A stretch of 64,000 nucleotides of DNA, from the NCBI RefSeq assembly GCF_053078305.1, contig NZ_CP166879.1. One strand, given 5' to 3'. Under the pieces are notes generated by a model, which was not told the origin of the DNA, did not search any database, and saw nothing but the letters and a program-made list of their open reading frames with translations. The position numbers and the translations under genes were made by a program. Shown piece by piece: positions 60,977 through 64,000 of this stretch (the stretch's first letter is position 1; every line of letters begins with the position of its first letter).

Positions 60977-61009
60977 AAGGGCTGACAACTGTCAGCCCTT
61001 ATTGTTTTT
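60977..61009. terminator. bidirectional terminator between yciU and oppF
   Basis: AAGGGCTGACAACTGTCAGCCCTT hairpin followed by a T-run. Confidence 0.65.
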
Positions 61010-62012
61010 AAAGCGGATCGACTTTCAGGCAAGAAACGGCGTGTCTGAAACTCCCCTCCAGAACAGGACGTGTTTTGGCGCACTCTGGACCGGCAATCGG
61101 GCAACGGGTACGGAAAACACAACCGGAAGGCGGGTTGATCGGCGACGGTAATTCCCCTTCCAGTAACTGGATGGTTTTGTTCTTCTCCAGATCCGGATCA
61201 GGTATGGGGACTGCCGACATCAATGCCCTGGTGTAAGGATGTAGTGGATTGTGGTAGACCTCATCATAGGTCCCCAGTTCTACCGCATGGCCGAGATACA
61301 TCACCAACACACGATCGGAAATGTGTTTTACCACGGCCAGGTCGTGAGCGATAAAAATTAATGACAATCCCATCTCACGTTGTAACTGCTGGAGCAGGTT
61401 GACCACCTGCGCCTGAATTGACACGTCCAGCGCCGACACCGGCTCATCACAGATAATCAGCTTCGGTTCAAGAATAAGAGCACGAGCAATCCCGATACGC
61501 TGGCACTGCCCACCGGAGAACTCATGCGGATAGCGGTTAATCAGGTTAGGCAATAACCCGACTTTCAGCATCATCGCCTTCACGCGCTCGCGAACTTCCT
61601 GGCGTGACATTTTCGGATGATAAGTACGCAGTGGTTCAGCGATGATCTCGCCGATGGTCATACGCGGGTTTAGCGATGCCAACGGATCCTGGAAAATCAT
61701 CTGAATATCACTGCGAACGGCACGCCATTCATCGGGCTTCATGCCCAGCAACTCTTTACCTAACCAGGCAACATGACCGTCGGTCGCCTTGACCAAACCG
61801 ATGATGGCGCGAGCAAAGGTGGACTTACCGCATCCCGATTCCCCTACCACACCTAATGTTTCCCCTTCATACAGGCGAAGAGTTACACCATCTACGGCTT
61901 TGAGAGTTTTCGGCGGTTGCCAGAACCACTGTTTGCCATCTTTGATTTCAAAGTGCACTTTCAGATCGGCGATTTCGAGGAGGACTTTTCTTCCTTCGGT
62001 TACAGCATTCAT
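61008..62012 (-). CDS. oppF: oligopeptide ABC transporter ATP-binding protein OppF
   Basis: 334 aa ABC ATPase with Walker A GESGCGKS, signature LSGGQ and Walker B. Confidence 0.95.
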   Translation of the reverse strand: MNAVTEGRKVLLEIADLKVHFEIKDGKQWFWQPPKTLKAVDGVTLRLYEGETLGVVGESGCGKSTFARAIIGLVKATDGHVAWLGKELLGMKPDEWRAVRSDIQMIFQDPLASLNPRMTIGEIIAEPLRTYHPKMSRQEVRERVKAMMLKVGLLPNLINRYPHEFSGGQCQRIGIARALILEPKLIICDEPVSALDVSIQAQVVNLLQQLQREMGLSLIFIAHDLAVVKHISDRVLVMYLGHAVELGTYDEVYHNPLHPYTRALMSAVPIPDPDLEKNKTIQLLEGELPSPINPPSGCVFRTRCPIAGPECAKTRPVLEGSFRHAVSCLKVDPL

Positions 62013-63022
62013 AACAGTTCCTCCACCGGTTTAAAACAAGCACGCAGACGGCCAGGCGTAAACTCTTCCAGCGGCGGTGCGCTACTACAAATTTCCATCG
62101 CATGCGGACAACGTGGCTGGAACGGGCAACCTTTCGGTAATCGCAGCAGGTTTGGCGGATTACCCGGAATAGTCAACATTGTTTCACCTTCCGCATCGAG
62201 ACGAGGCACCGCGTTGAGCAAACCGATAGAATAAGGATGAACGGGTTGATAAAAGACATCGCGCGCGTTGCCATATTCCATCGTGCGCCCGGCGTACATT
62301 ACCAGCACTTTGTCGCAGATCCCCGCCACCACGCCAAGATCGTGGGTGATCATAATGATGGCGGTATTAAATTCCCGCTTCAGTTCATTTAATAGCGTCA
62401 TGATCTGCGCCTGTACGGTGACGTCCAGCGCAGTAGTGGGTTCATCCGCAATCAGCAGCTTAGGCCGACATAGCAATGCCATCGCAATCATGACTCGCTG
62501 ACGCATGCCGCCAGAAAATTCGTGCGGGTACATTTTCATGCGTTTACGCGCTTCCGGCATTTTTACCGCATCGAGCATCCGCACCGACTCTTCAAACGCC
62601 TCAGCTTTGCTCATGTTCTTATGCAGCATCAGCACTTCCATCAACTGCTCACCGACGCGCATATAGGGATTCAACGAAGTCATTGGGTCCTGAAAAATCA
62701 TTGAGATTTGTTCAGCGCGCAGTTTATTGAGTTCACGCTCTGGCAAATTGAGGATTTCACGCCCATTGAAGGTTGCCGATCCGCCAATGCGTCCGTTGGC
62801 AGCCAACAGGCCCATCAACGCAAATGCAGTTTGCGATTTACCCGAACCAGACTCACCTACAATGCCCAGCGTTTCTCCGGCACGTAGGGAAAAATTTAAA
62901 TCATTGACCGCCGTGACGTCGCCGTCCGGGGTACTAAAGGTGACACGCAAATCTTTCACGTTCAGCAGTGCGTCAGCCTGTTGTTGTGCGAGCGGCACAG
63001 TTGCAGTTTCAATTACGCTCAT
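62009..63022 (-). CDS. oppD: oligopeptide ABC transporter ATP-binding protein OppD
   Basis: 337 aa ABC ATPase (GESGSGKS, FSGGMRQR). Confidence 0.95.
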   Translation of the reverse strand: MSVIETATVPLAQQQADALLNVKDLRVTFSTPDGDVTAVNDLNFSLRAGETLGIVGESGSGKSQTAFALMGLLAANGRIGGSATFNGREILNLPERELNKLRAEQISMIFQDPMTSLNPYMRVGEQLMEVLMLHKNMSKAEAFEESVRMLDAVKMPEARKRMKMYPHEFSGGMRQRVMIAMALLCRPKLLIADEPTTALDVTVQAQIMTLLNELKREFNTAIIMITHDLGVVAGICDKVLVMYAGRTMEYGNARDVFYQPVHPYSIGLLNAVPRLDAEGETMLTIPGNPPNLLRLPKGCPFQPRCPHAMEICSSAPPLEEFTPGRLRACFKPVEELL

Positions 63023-63033
63023 GGCTGCACTCC

Positions 63034-63942
63034 TTAACGATCTTTCGGGTCGAGGGCATCACGCAAGCCATCGCCGATAAAGTTGAAACAAAACAGCGTC
63101 ACCACGAGGAATCCCGCTGGGAACAACAGTAACCATGGAGAGACTTCCATCGAGTTCGCGCCATCACTCAGCAATGCCCCCCAGCTGCTTAACGGCTCTT
63201 GCGTACCCAACCCCAGGAAGCTAAGGAAAGATTCAAAGAGGATCATGCTGGGCACCAGTAGCGATGCGTAGACCACCACCACACCGAGTACGTTCGGCAC
63301 AATGTGGCGAATAACAATGCCCGGCGTCGATACACCGCCAACTTGTGCCGCCTCAATAAACTCTTTGCGCTTCAGACTCAGGGTTTGCCCACGCACAATA
63401 CGAGCCATATCCAGCCAGGAAACCATGCCAATCGCCACGAAAATCAGCAGGATGTTTTGGCCGAAAAAGGTCACCAGCAAAATGACGAAGAACATGAATG
63501 GGAAGGAGTTGAGGATTTCCAGCAGACGCATCATTACCGAATCCACTTTACCGCCCAGATAACCGGAAAGCGAACCGTAAAGTGTCCCCACGACCACTGC
63601 CACCAGTGCCGCAGCAACACCGACCATGAGTGAGATACGCCCGCCAATCGCAACGCGCACAAGCAGGTCGCGACCGGATGAGTCAGTACCAAAGTAGTGA
63701 CCGGACTCCATATCCGGGGCGCTGGACATCATCGCCCAGTCAGTATCGTCATAGGCAAACTGCGAAAGCATCGGTGCCAGGATTACAAATAACGCGATCA
63801 GCACCAGCACTATCAGACTGGCAACCGCCGCACGGTTATGCATAAAACGTCGACGTGCGTCCTGCCACAAGCTGCGCCCTTCGACCTCCAGCTTTTCACT
63901 GAAATTTTCCAGCGTCTCGCTGTTTTTCTTACTTAACATCAT
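63034..63942 (-). CDS. oppC: oligopeptide ABC transporter permease OppC
   Basis: 302 aa polytopic permease. Confidence 0.95.
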   Translation of the reverse strand: MMLSKKNSETLENFSEKLEVEGRSLWQDARRRFMHNRAAVASLIVLVLIALFVILAPMLSQFAYDDTDWAMMSSAPDMESGHYFGTDSSGRDLLVRVAIGGRISLMVGVAAALVAVVVGTLYGSLSGYLGGKVDSVMMRLLEILNSFPFMFFVILLVTFFGQNILLIFVAIGMVSWLDMARIVRGQTLSLKRKEFIEAAQVGGVSTPGIVIRHIVPNVLGVVVVYASLLVPSMILFESFLSFLGLGTQEPLSSWGALLSDGANSMEVSPWLLLFPAGFLVVTLFCFNFIGDGLRDALDPKDR

Positions 63943-63956
63943 CGCGAGCTCCAGTA

Positions 63957-64000
63957 TCAGTAACGGATTTTCGGGTCGATAACCGCATATAGCACATCGA
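63957..64000 (-). CDS. oppB: oligopeptide ABC transporter permease OppB (3' end, partial)
   Basis: Reverse translation of the window end gives …DVLYAVIDPKIRY-stop. Confidence 0.7.
   Translation of the reverse strand, partial: DVLYAVIDPKIRY

Overview
This window looks like the E. coli K-12-type chromosome around the trp operon, interrupted by a ~39.3 kb Mu-like transposable prophage inserted inside yciQ. All identifications are from reading the ORF translations and sequence against recalled protein families; no database search was run. Host backbone: yciK (3' end), btuR, rluB, yciQ 3' fragment, then the prophage (~2459-41764), yciQ 5' fragment, yciO, trpH, the trp promoter/operator, trpL with its attenuator, trpEDCBA, yciG, yciF (in-frame TAA stop), yciE, ompW, yciC, yciB, yciA, tonB, yciI, kch (apparent frameshift), clsA, yciU, oppF, oppD, oppC and the 3' end of oppB. 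The prophage has Mu-type organisation: c-like repressor, ner, transposase A, B, an early accessory region with gam, gemA-like and a Mor/C activator, lysis genes, terminase, portal, F, G, I, major head T, sheath, tube, tape measure, baseplate, tail fibre, a Gin-flanked invertible segment, and a right-end cargo of a NanS-like esterase and com/mom. I did not find a single clear-cut undescribed system. The best candidates for something new are an AT-rich cassette of four translationally coupled small proteins in the early region, an antisense tRNA-like element between F and G, and the uncharacterised ORFs between gam and gemA.
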